From contig OZ245043.1 in the NCBI GenBank assembly GCA_965224285.1, forward strand, positions 4,323,909 to 4,387,908: 64,000 nt of DNA, in the 5' to 3' direction. Both the position numbers and the translations under genes were made by a program. A model generated the notes under the pieces. It ran no database searches. It had not been told where the DNA came from and saw only the letters and a program-made list of their open reading frames with translations. Origin of the DNA: Cyclobacteriaceae bacterium (GTDB taxonomy: Bacteria > Bacteroidota > Bacteroidia > Cytophagales > Cyclobacteriaceae). Shown in pieces: positions 20,034 to 28,477 of this stretch. How positions within the stretch are numbered: position 1 is the stretch's first letter; the number at the start of each line of letters is the position of its first letter.

Positions 20034-20927
20034 ATGGACCCGATCGGTCAGTTAACAAAATGGATGCGAAACTTTCTGGGATTCTCCCAAACCGAGATGT
20101 GGGGTTATACCGGGATCATTACCCTATTGGCGGTAGCCACCGGAATTTTGCCTTTTTTAAAGACCGCTTCACCCAACCTTGGGGGATCCAATCAAGAATT
20201 AATGTTACTGGATAGTTTGATAATAACATGGGAGCCTAACTTACCGCGGGTTGTTATTGAAGATAGTATTAAAAGCAGCCCCATAAAGCCTTTCTCACCG
20301 GCAACCGTCAGTCGGGACAGCCTGATAAAATGGGGAGTACCATTCCGGGTAGCTGATAATCTGGTGAAATACCGAAATGCCGGAGGTAGATTTAGATCTA
20401 AAAGTGATTTGCGAAAAATATATGGGATGAATGATAGTCTTTGGAACTATCTGGTTGACTACATCAAACTGCCCCGGCAAAATGTTCCTTCCGAGGCGAG
20501 TCCAGAGGCCGTGGTTTCTGCAAAAGTTTCAATTATGGATATAAATAAGGCAGATAGCATCCAGTTGACGAGCATTAGGGGTATTGGGCCGGTGTTAAGC
20601 AGCCGCATTGTGAGGTATCGCGATTTGCTGGGCGGATTCTACAGCCTTGAACAATTAAAGGAAGTTTATGGATTGCCCGAACCGGTATTGCACAGTTTGA
20701 AAGAAAGCGTGATGATAAAAGCGGATTTCAAATATCATAAGATCTCACTAAATTCGTTTGATTTCAAACAATTATCCAAGCACCCATATATTAATTATGA
20801 TCAGGCCAGAGCGATAATAGCCTACCGTAAGGTACACGGTCCCTTCACGGAATTTGACCAACTTAAGTTGATTCATTTAATTGATGACCATACCTTTAAC
20901 AAACTTTTGCCGTATCTGGACTTTTGA
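20034..20927 (+). CDS. Membrane-anchored ComEA-like helix-hairpin-helix DNA-binding protein (three HhH modules)
   Basis: One N-terminal TM helix (GIITLLAVATGILPFL). The three modules are VADNLVKYRNAGGRFRSKSDL, LTSIRGIGPVLSSRIVRYRDLLGGFYSLEQL and DQARAIIAYRKVHGPFTEFDQL. Confidence 0.7.
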   Translation: MDPIGQLTKWMRNFLGFSQTEMWGYTGIITLLAVATGILPFLKTASPNLGGSNQELMLLDSLIITWEPNLPRVVIEDSIKSSPIKPFSPATVSRDSLIKWGVPFRVADNLVKYRNAGGRFRSKSDLRKIYGMNDSLWNYLVDYIKLPRQNVPSEASPEAVVSAKVSIMDINKADSIQLTSIRGIGPVLSSRIVRYRDLLGGFYSLEQLKEVYGLPEPVLHSLKESVMIKADFKYHKISLNSFDFKQLSKHPYINYDQARAIIAYRKVHGPFTEFDQLKLIHLIDDHTFNKLLPYLDF

Positions 20928-20960
20928 ATTAGGGCTATTTTTTAATTTGCCCAATCAACC

Positions 20961-23900
20961 ATGCAAGAAATCCTAAACTCATATTTGCGTAAACTGACTA
21001 ACCTAACAGCACGCAATAAGTCTATTTTGTTGCTGAGACTGCTTTCGCGTGGCTTTGTAGATCTCAATGATCTTGATTTTCTCAATAACAAACCTGCCTT
21101 TTCCATAATTGAACAATTAATAGCAAGAAAAAAGGAAATCCCACTATGTAAAGTTATTGATAGCAGGGACGAGACCAATAACAAGGTGAGTCGAAAATTG
21201 AAAGAGCTATGGCGCTTTGACCGCTTTGTCTTTGAGGAAAGGGGAGCCAAGGACCTTTTCATAGGTTGGCCTTTTGCCCGGGGGATTTTTTCAGACGGGA
21301 CTTTGGTTAGAGCGCCACTATTGTTTTTCCCGGTTTCCCTGGAAATCAAAAGCAATTCCTGGTATTTAAAATCCCGAACCGATGAATTTTGCTTTATCAA
21401 CCGTAGTTGGTTATTGGCCTACGCTCATTTTAATGGAGTGCCTCTGGAAGAGCAATTAATGGAGGCTAACCTAGAGGAATTTCCCATGGACAGCCGGTCA
21501 TTTAGGGTAGCATTATATGATTTATTCAAAAATAGCAATGTCGAACTGAATTTTAACCAGGAGAACTTCACTGATAATTTATTGCCATTTCAGCAGTTCA
21601 CCAGGGAAGAATTTCCACAAAAAGCTAAAACGGGCGGGATCAAGCTGCACCCGGAGGCTGTTCTGGGTATGTTTCCTCAAGCGGGTTCGTATCTTGTCCC
21701 GGATTACCTCAAACTACTCAATGAAGAATCCATTGAGGGCCTGGACTCGTTCTTCAGAGATTCAAAAACTACTGACACTTCACAGAATGCCTATCTAAAT
21801 GTAATAAAAGAAGAGAACTGCATTACGCCTTTCAAAATGGACGCTTTCCAGGAAAATGCCCTGAAAGCGGTCAAGTCTGGACAATCCATGGTGGTGCAAG
21901 GGCCTCCTGGCACCGGCAAATCTCAGCTGATCTGCAATCTAATCTCAGATTACGCTGCTCAGGGTAAACGGGTATTATTGGTTTGTCAAAAGAGGGCAGC
22001 CCTAGATGTGGTGCATCATCGATTACAGCAGGCGGGCATGAAACCTTTTACTGCTTTGGTGCATGACTTCAAAAATGACCGCCGGGAGCTATACAACCAG
22101 ATATTGCAGCAGATAGAGAGTCTTGAAGAATACAAACGACGCAACAGCAGTTTAGATGCTATCCAATTGGAGCGGCAATTTTTAAAAATAAGTCGCAGAA
22201 TAGATCAAATCACCGAGGAATTTGAGGAATTCAAAGAGGCCTTATTTGACGAAAACGAAGCAGGGATCTCTGTAAAACAGCTTTATTTGGAGGCAGACCT
22301 GGCGCTGCCGGTAATCAATCTTAAGCAATCATACAAGAATTTTCCCTGGGCAACGGCATTGGAGTTCGGTCAGGATCTGGCCGTTTATCATAAGTATTGG
22401 GAGCGGCTGGAACTACCAGACTTCCCCTGGCGCGATCGGCGGTCATTTAAGGACATGACCATCAACGATCTGTCCAGGATCTCAGAGTTGATCCATGAAA
22501 TTCCAAAATTTGCCAATAACCTGAGAAGCAAAGTTGGAGAATATCTAAAGGCTAAAGTCACTTTTGATGATTGTGAAGCTTTTATCAACCAACAGGAACA
22601 AATTGTGGAATTGATCAACCTGTTGAAGGATGAGCATGTTTTTTCGTTTTTCGTGCGCCTGGTGGATTTTAAAGACATCGAAAAGGATGACCTGTGGCTG
22701 GCAAATATGGAAAGGGTGGTGATGGAATGTTTTAAAAATGAGGGGCCTGAAAGCACTTTACAACCTGATGAGCTAGGAGGCTTTCAGGAAGTGCTGCAGC
22801 AAAAAATCGAATCCAGGAAGAATATTTTCAAATGGCTGCAGTGGAATCTTTTTAGCAAAGAAAAGATGACTTACACCCGAGTGCTAAGAGCCAATGGTTT
22901 GCCAACAAGTAGAGAGGGTCTGAATATTCTGATAGAGAAAACTGATAATCGCCTGAACCTTGAGCATAATTTAACCAAGATACGCAAGTATGCCTGGCTC
23001 AGTGAGATACCGGATTCTTACAGTGCGGTCGATTTTCAGGCCTGGTTTTATTACCAAAAGAAAGCCCTTAAGGCCAAACAGATCTTTCGCGAACAACGAA
23101 ACTTTAAGGAGTATTTCAACCTGAAGAAGTTGACCTATCAGGAATTCAAAAGCAAGTTGGAGCGGTTAATTAAAATGATGAAGGATTTACCCGCCAGGAA
23201 GGGCCAATGGTTAGGTCATCTTATGCCGGCCCAGATTGTCAAACTGGTCAATGGAGAACCTGGTCATGCTGAAGAAATGGATAGGGTTTTGAGGAAGGAG
23301 TTTGATAACATATGTGCTTTTGATCGATTGAAGTACGAACTGGACAATACCCATAAAGGTGTTTTGGAAGAGCTGTACGAAAGGTGGTCCGATGAGGAGG
23401 CTTATACCATTGGAGACCTGTTTCTCAATAGTGTAAGGACGGCCTGGATTGATCATATTGAAACTAAGTATCCGGTGTTAAGAATGGTATCGTCCCTTAA
23501 GCTGGATGACCTGCAGAAGGAGTACCAGGACCTGATCAAAGAGAAACTTCAAATTTCCCAGGAGACCCTAATGCTCAAATTACGAGAAAAGATCTACAGC
23601 GATGTGCGTTATAATAGGTTAAATAATATGATCTCTTACCGGGATTTACGTCATCAGGTCAGTAAGAAAAGAAGAATATGGCCGATTCGGAAGTTAATGG
23701 CTCACTTTGACGAGGAGTTATTTAAACTGATTCCATGTTGGATGGCCAGTCCCGAATCGGTAAGTGCGATTACCCCTATGGCGCAATTATTCGATTTAGT
23801 GATTTTTGATGAAGCCTCGCAATGTTTTGCTGAAAAGGGGATACCGGCCATGTACCGAGGATCACAAGTAGTGATTGCCGGTGACTCTAAGCAACTTAGC

Positions 23901-25019
23901 CCCAATGACCTGTATCAGATCAGATGGCAGGAGGATGAACCTGACCATATTGATCTTGAGGTGGATTCATTACTGGATCTAGCCATTAATTATTTGGACC
24001 AGGTACATTTACAAGGGCATTATCGAAGTCAGTCTTTAGATCTTATAACATTTTCTAATCGTCACTTTTATGATAATAGATTGCGTATGCTGCCTGATTT
24101 TGCGGTTATAAATTCCCAGGAACCTGGCATCGAGTATATCAAAGTTGCTGGAGTATGGGAGAGAAACGTCAATCAAAACGAAGCAATGGAGGTAGTAATG
24201 CTGGTGGAAAAGCTCTTGAAGAGCCATCCGCAGAAGTCCATTGGCATAGTCACATTTAACATTCAACAACAGCAACTGATCATCGAGTGTCTGGAAGAAC
24301 GTTTGTCCCAAGTAGAGATGGCCATACCGGATTCTTTAATGGTAAAAAATATTGAAAATGTACAAGGTGATGAAAAAGATATTATTGTATTCTCAGTGGG
24401 CTATGCCCCTGATCAGGATGGTAAATTCTCCATGAATTTTGGCAGTTTGAATGCAGAAGGAGGAGAGAATCGGTTAAACGTCGCTATCACCCGAGCCAGA
24501 GAGAAGATCTATGTAATTTCCAGTATTCTTCCGCAGGATCTGCGGGTAGCTGAAAGTAAAAATTCCGGCCCGAAATTATTCCAAAAATATCTACAATATG
24601 CCTGGGAGGTGGCACATAGTGAGGTGTCATTTGATGACCCCGGTCAGCAACAACACCCGATCAGCTGGTATTTAAAACACCATCTAAAGAATCAAATGCC
24701 CGACTCAGTAGATCTTTCCCTGGAGGAACACCTTCCTTTCGCGGATCTTACGGTCCGCAAACAGGAACGTTATTTAGGCCTGATCCTGACGGATGACAAC
24801 CATTATCATCAAAGCATTTCAGTAAAAGACTCCCATGTGTACCTACCCCTTATACTTACTTTGAAAGGGTGGAAATTTCAGGGAATATTCAGCAGGCAGT
24901 ATTGGATGAACCCAGTCGAGGTAGGGGAACAGATCCAGCGGTTTGCCTTTAAAGAACGCTCTTCCGAACGAGGGCAGCAAAATTCTCAAAATCGCCGTCT
25001 AGGACAGGTTGGTGAGTGA
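20961..25019 (+). CDS. DUF4011-type superfamily-1 (Upf1/DNA2-like) helicase with C-terminal Vsr/DUF559-like domain
   Basis: Walker A GPPGTGKS is at nt 21900-21923 (aa 314-321) and Walker B VIFDEAS at nt 23799-23819 (aa 947-953). Further motifs are VIAGDSKQLSP, VQGDEKDIIVFS and LNVAITRAREKIYVISS. The C-terminus ADLTV...LGLILTDDNHYH...LKGWKFQGIFSRQYW resembles REase/DUF559 modules. Confidence 0.88.
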   Translation: MQEILNSYLRKLTNLTARNKSILLLRLLSRGFVDLNDLDFLNNKPAFSIIEQLIARKKEIPLCKVIDSRDETNNKVSRKLKELWRFDRFVFEERGAKDLFIGWPFARGIFSDGTLVRAPLLFFPVSLEIKSNSWYLKSRTDEFCFINRSWLLAYAHFNGVPLEEQLMEANLEEFPMDSRSFRVALYDLFKNSNVELNFNQENFTDNLLPFQQFTREEFPQKAKTGGIKLHPEAVLGMFPQAGSYLVPDYLKLLNEESIEGLDSFFRDSKTTDTSQNAYLNVIKEENCITPFKMDAFQENALKAVKSGQSMVVQGPPGTGKSQLICNLISDYAAQGKRVLLVCQKRAALDVVHHRLQQAGMKPFTALVHDFKNDRRELYNQILQQIESLEEYKRRNSSLDAIQLERQFLKISRRIDQITEEFEEFKEALFDENEAGISVKQLYLEADLALPVINLKQSYKNFPWATALEFGQDLAVYHKYWERLELPDFPWRDRRSFKDMTINDLSRISELIHEIPKFANNLRSKVGEYLKAKVTFDDCEAFINQQEQIVELINLLKDEHVFSFFVRLVDFKDIEKDDLWLANMERVVMECFKNEGPESTLQPDELGGFQEVLQQKIESRKNIFKWLQWNLFSKEKMTYTRVLRANGLPTSREGLNILIEKTDNRLNLEHNLTKIRKYAWLSEIPDSYSAVDFQAWFYYQKKALKAKQIFREQRNFKEYFNLKKLTYQEFKSKLERLIKMMKDLPARKGQWLGHLMPAQIVKLVNGEPGHAEEMDRVLRKEFDNICAFDRLKYELDNTHKGVLEELYERWSDEEAYTIGDLFLNSVRTAWIDHIETKYPVLRMVSSLKLDDLQKEYQDLIKEKLQISQETLMLKLREKIYSDVRYNRLNNMISYRDLRHQVSKKRRIWPIRKLMAHFDEELFKLIPCWMASPESVSAITPMAQLFDLVIFDEASQCFAEKGIPAMYRGSQVVIAGDSKQLSPNDLYQIRWQEDEPDHIDLEVDSLLDLAINYLDQVHLQGHYRSQSLDLITFSNRHFYDNRLRMLPDFAVINSQEPGIEYIKVAGVWERNVNQNEAMEVVMLVEKLLKSHPQKSIGIVTFNIQQQQLIIECLEERLSQVEMAIPDSLMVKNIENVQGDEKDIIVFSVGYAPDQDGKFSMNFGSLNAEGGENRLNVAITRAREKIYVISSILPQDLRVAESKNSGPKLFQKYLQYAWEVAHSEVSFDDPGQQQHPISWYLKHHLKNQMPDSVDLSLEEHLPFADLTVRKQERYLGLILTDDNHYHQSISVKDSHVYLPLILTLKGWKFQGIFSRQYWMNPVEVGEQIQRFAFKERSSERGQQNSQNRRLGQVGE

Positions 25020-25219
25020 GGAGGTAAAGATTTATAAAATATTTTTATATAAAGAAAAAATATAATATTTCTAATAAAAATGGGTTTACAATGTGAGATG
25101 CGTTGTCTTAATCTCAGATAAGCCCTGAATTTTGACCGTAAGACATTGATTTAGAGTATTGAACCAGCTCTTCAATTATTTGATTGCTTTAGGTGAAAGC
25201 ACTATATTCATAGATTACC

Positions 25220-26803
25220 ATGAGCTGGATCAATCGATTATTCTCCTTTTTGATAAGAAGGTTCTATAGGATTTTCTTGTCTTTTTTACCCCTGATTCTG
25301 CTTTTCATCACAAATTCTAATTCCTTGGCCCAGCAGGTCCCTGCCGGACCAAATAGTGACAGTTTGGAGTATTATTTGCAAATTGTTGACGATGGTGAAA
25401 GGCAAGTTGGCCGGGCGCTGGCTCGAATCGGTGAACTTTATTTTGAGTCCGGCAGGTACAACTCAGCTATCAATTATCTGGACCAGGCTTTGCCGTTACT
25501 AAATGGTGAGCGCAAATCATTGGAGATAGGTAAGATCTACCAATTAAAAGGCCAAATATTCGAAATTTTTGGGGATAACGCAGAACCCCGCCGATACTAT
25601 AGATTGGCAGAAATTCAGTATACCCGTTCGCTGGCAATTTTTGATTCTATCGACCATCCTTCCGGACGAATGCAAGCATATCGGAAGTTGGCGGTGATAT
25701 CCGCAAAGAGGAACAACTACGCCAGCGCAGTGGTGTATCAAGATCGGGTAATTGAGGCTATCACCAAGCTATATCAAGATTCGCTTCAGCTACAGGCTGA
25801 AAGTTTTAACCAGCTTCTCAATCAAGAGATCCAATCTTCGAAAGATACTATTTTCATTCAACCACCTGATCGGGGAAATGGTAGGTCATCTTTGCCTTGG
25901 TGGGATTGGAGGTATTTGCTGATTTTGTTGCTATTACTGGGTATGATCTGGATCAGCAGGCTTTATTTTAAAGTTATTGAGCAAATGGACCAGCAACAAC
26001 GTCGTATTCAACAATACGGAACTGAGCAACAAAAACTTAAAGCCGAAATAAATGAGCTGCAATCTATAAATTTAGTGCTTACCCGTACTGAGAAGGAGCA
26101 AAGACAGCTAAACCAAACAAAGGACAAAATATTCTCTATAATCTCTCATGACCTGAGAAGTCCCATCAATACTATATTGGGTTTTTTGAACATACTCAGC
26201 ATAAAGCTCCGGTCTTTAGGAGACATCGAGTTAAAAAATTTAGCTCAGGAGATGGAAGAAACCACTGTTAGATTGTCGGTTTTTTTAGATGACCTACTAA
26301 AATGGTCGATGTCCCAAATGGGCAGACTGGAGGCCAATCCTGAGTTTCTGGACCTTAAAGCCATGGTGCAGGAGAACTATAAACTGGTGGAGCCAAGAGT
26401 GAAAAAGAAACATATAAATTTTAGAACCAACATCAATGAGAAAGTAAAGATATACGCCGATCGCAATATGTTAATGTTGGTACTGAGAAATCTGATCAGC
26501 AATGCCATAAAATTCACTAAACCAGGGGGCTACATTGCAGTAAGTTTGAAAGTGGAAGAACCCAACAAAGCGGCCATCTACGTAGCGGACGATGGCATTG
26601 GAATGAATGATGAAGATCTTCAAAAGATTTTTGATTTTGAAGCCAGTAATATTAATGGGACACCAGAAAATAAGGGAGCGGGTCTAGGACTAGTACTCTG
26701 TAAGGAATTTGTGGAAAGAAATGGTGGAAATATACTGGTGGAGAGCAAGTTGGGTCATGGAACCCGTTTTAAAATTATACTACCGGCAGAGGCAACCAAC
26801 TAA
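25220..26803 (+). CDS. Sensor histidine kinase with periplasmic TPR-like sensor region
   Basis: Signal/TM, a TPR-like segment, a second TM helix (LLILLLLLGMIWISRLYF) and a coiled coil. H-box is FSIISHDLRSPIN. HATPase N/G boxes are LISNAIKFT and DDGIGM...GAGLGL. Confidence 0.88.
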   Translation: MSWINRLFSFLIRRFYRIFLSFLPLILLFITNSNSLAQQVPAGPNSDSLEYYLQIVDDGERQVGRALARIGELYFESGRYNSAINYLDQALPLLNGERKSLEIGKIYQLKGQIFEIFGDNAEPRRYYRLAEIQYTRSLAIFDSIDHPSGRMQAYRKLAVISAKRNNYASAVVYQDRVIEAITKLYQDSLQLQAESFNQLLNQEIQSSKDTIFIQPPDRGNGRSSLPWWDWRYLLILLLLLGMIWISRLYFKVIEQMDQQQRRIQQYGTEQQKLKAEINELQSINLVLTRTEKEQRQLNQTKDKIFSIISHDLRSPINTILGFLNILSIKLRSLGDIELKNLAQEMEETTVRLSVFLDDLLKWSMSQMGRLEANPEFLDLKAMVQENYKLVEPRVKKKHINFRTNINEKVKIYADRNMLMLVLRNLISNAIKFTKPGGYIAVSLKVEEPNKAAIYVADDGIGMNDEDLQKIFDFEASNINGTPENKGAGLGLVLCKEFVERNGGNILVESKLGHGTRFKIILPAEATN

Positions 26804-27294
26804 CTTCCTCTTGAGGTAGTATCCATCGGGGCAATTTCTACCCGCAACCCTACGGATAAAATCAACGGCAGAGAATCTTGTCTCATAAATTGTTGGATGC
26901 TGAAGCGGTAAGTACCTGGCGAGCTAAATTTTTGCCCCTCTATGGCGAGAATTCTGTGGTCAAAAATGTCTCCCAACCCGTCCCCCAGGGGCGCTCCGCT
27001 AATGGGATCAAATAGATCCATGTTTTGCAATTTGCCCCCTAGTTGGTTCCCCAGAGAATCCTCCAAGCTATATCTTACATAAAGATTATGATAAGGATAG
27101 GACAAAGCGTTCCTAACATTGTAGTATAAGTTGTAATTTCTGGAAGCATCCTCCACCTTAAATTCGAAACTTGGAATATCGCTTGCTAACCAGATTTGAT
27201 CGGGGAAGTCTACATTTTGTTCAAATATCCGATCCGGGTCAGAACAAGCAATGACTAAAATCAAAAGTAGTGCACCTATTAGCCTGATGTTCAT
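26800..27294 (-). CDS. gldH: Gliding-motility lipoprotein GldH
   Basis: Lipoprotein signal LLLILVIAC, followed by FPDQIW...FEFKVED...YNLYYNVRNALSYPYHNLYV, which is characteristic of GldH. Its ATG overlaps the upstream PSP1 stop (ATGA). Confidence 0.8.
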   Translation of the reverse strand: MNIRLIGALLLILVIACSDPDRIFEQNVDFPDQIWLASDIPSFEFKVEDASRNYNLYYNVRNALSYPYHNLYVRYSLEDSLGNQLGGKLQNMDLFDPISGAPLGDGLGDIFDHRILAIEGQKFSSPGTYRFSIQQFMRQDSLPLILSVGLRVEIAPMDTTSRGS

Positions 27295-28427
27295 TTCTTA
27301 AATTTTTTTCGGCGGCTTTTTTTATAACCACTTTTCCCACCTGAATGATATTTCTTATCCATTCTACGCAACTCCCGATTTATGGCGCTCTGTCGTTGGG
27401 CATGACTGTTTCCTGATTTGGCCGGTAAGTCATCCGGGATTATGTCCTGCTGATTAAGTTTCAGAATTTCCATCACCCGGTCACTGGATACGGCATGCCA
27501 CGAGTTCTCATGGTCATATCCAAACCACATGATCTTTCTGAAAATATCCGTCTTTTGCAGCTTTGCCAGTCCTTTCTTGGTTTTCAGTGGACTATCCAGT
27601 TTCGGTATATCTTTCAGAGCTTCCATATAGGTTTCCAGCTCATAATTTAAACAACACTTCAACCTACCACACTGTCCGGAAAGCTTGCTGGGATTTAAGC
27701 TTAAATTTTGGTATCTGGCTGCGGATGTAGACACGCTTTTAAAACTGGTTAACCAAGTGGAACAACACAATTCACGCCCACAGCTACCCAGGCCTCCCAA
27801 TCGGCCGGCTTCTTGCCTTAGACTAATTTGCCGCATTTCCACTCTGATGCGAAATTCGGAGGCCAGGACTTTAATCAATTCACGAAAATCAACCCGCTCA
27901 TCTGCTGAATAGTAAAAGGTTGCCTTGGTATTGTCCGCTTGAAATTCTACATCGGTGAGTTTCATTTTCAAATCCAGCTCTTCAATTATCTTTCGGGTTC
28001 GGTATAGAGTGGGATTTTCCCGTTTTGCTACCTGCTGATACTTTTCCAGGTCTTTAGGACTGGCCTTGCGGTATATCTTTCTGATCTTGTCATCAGAGTT
28101 GATCCTCTTCTTCTTCATTTGCAATCTCACCAACTCACCTTGCAATGAAATATATCCCAAGTGATGTCCATTGGGAACGTCGACAATAACCGGATCACCG
28201 GTAAACAACTCCAGTTCATCCTGATTCTTAAAAAAATCCTTCTTACCGTTTTTAAAACGGACCTCCACCACATTGAAAGCGTCGGTTAAGGGAGCATGCA
28301 TGTTGGATAACCAGTCAAATACATTCAGTTTATTGCAACCTCCTGTCAGGCAACCTCCGTTGTTTTGGCATCCCGCTACTACTCCTGAATCACTGGTTTG
28401 GCAAGTACTGCACCCAGACATAATCAT
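27291..28427 (-). CDS. PSP1-domain protein (RicT/YaaT-like) with Cys-rich N-terminal extension
   Basis: PSP1 core with GSCGRELCCSTWL and CGRLKCCLNYE. The N-terminus carries 5 Cys within the first 31 residues (CSTC...GC...GGC...GGC). Confidence 0.8.
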   Translation of the reverse strand: MIMSGCSTCQTSDSGVVAGCQNNGGCLTGGCNKLNVFDWLSNMHAPLTDAFNVVEVRFKNGKKDFFKNQDELELFTGDPVIVDVPNGHHLGYISLQGELVRLQMKKKRINSDDKIRKIYRKASPKDLEKYQQVAKRENPTLYRTRKIIEELDLKMKLTDVEFQADNTKATFYYSADERVDFRELIKVLASEFRIRVEMRQISLRQEAGRLGGLGSCGRELCCSTWLTSFKSVSTSAARYQNLSLNPSKLSGQCGRLKCCLNYELETYMEALKDIPKLDSPLKTKKGLAKLQKTDIFRKIMWFGYDHENSWHAVSSDRVMEILKLNQQDIIPDDLPAKSGNSHAQRQSAINRELRRMDKKYHSGGKSGYKKSRRKKFKK

Positions 28428-28477
28428 TAAGATTTACCACGAAGTAAGATACAATTTTATCCTTGGTCGAAAGAAAT

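Noticed and set aside
20942-21400. 152-aa minus-strand ORF overlapping the 5' end of the helicase gene. Similar long antisense ORFs occur at 2976-3335, 16345-16710, 22388-22756, 55697-56122, 56553-56987 and 63068-63433.
   Set aside because: Each lies entirely inside a well-supported gene on the opposite strand. Each has low-complexity or Ser/Arg/Leu-biased 'shadow' composition and no recognisable motifs.
20961-25019. Assignment of the helicase to Mokosh type II (helicase + PLD nuclease).
   Set aside because: Reading the protein, I could not find an HxKxxxxD PLD motif. The nearest strings (HDFKND, HKYWE) have the wrong spacing.
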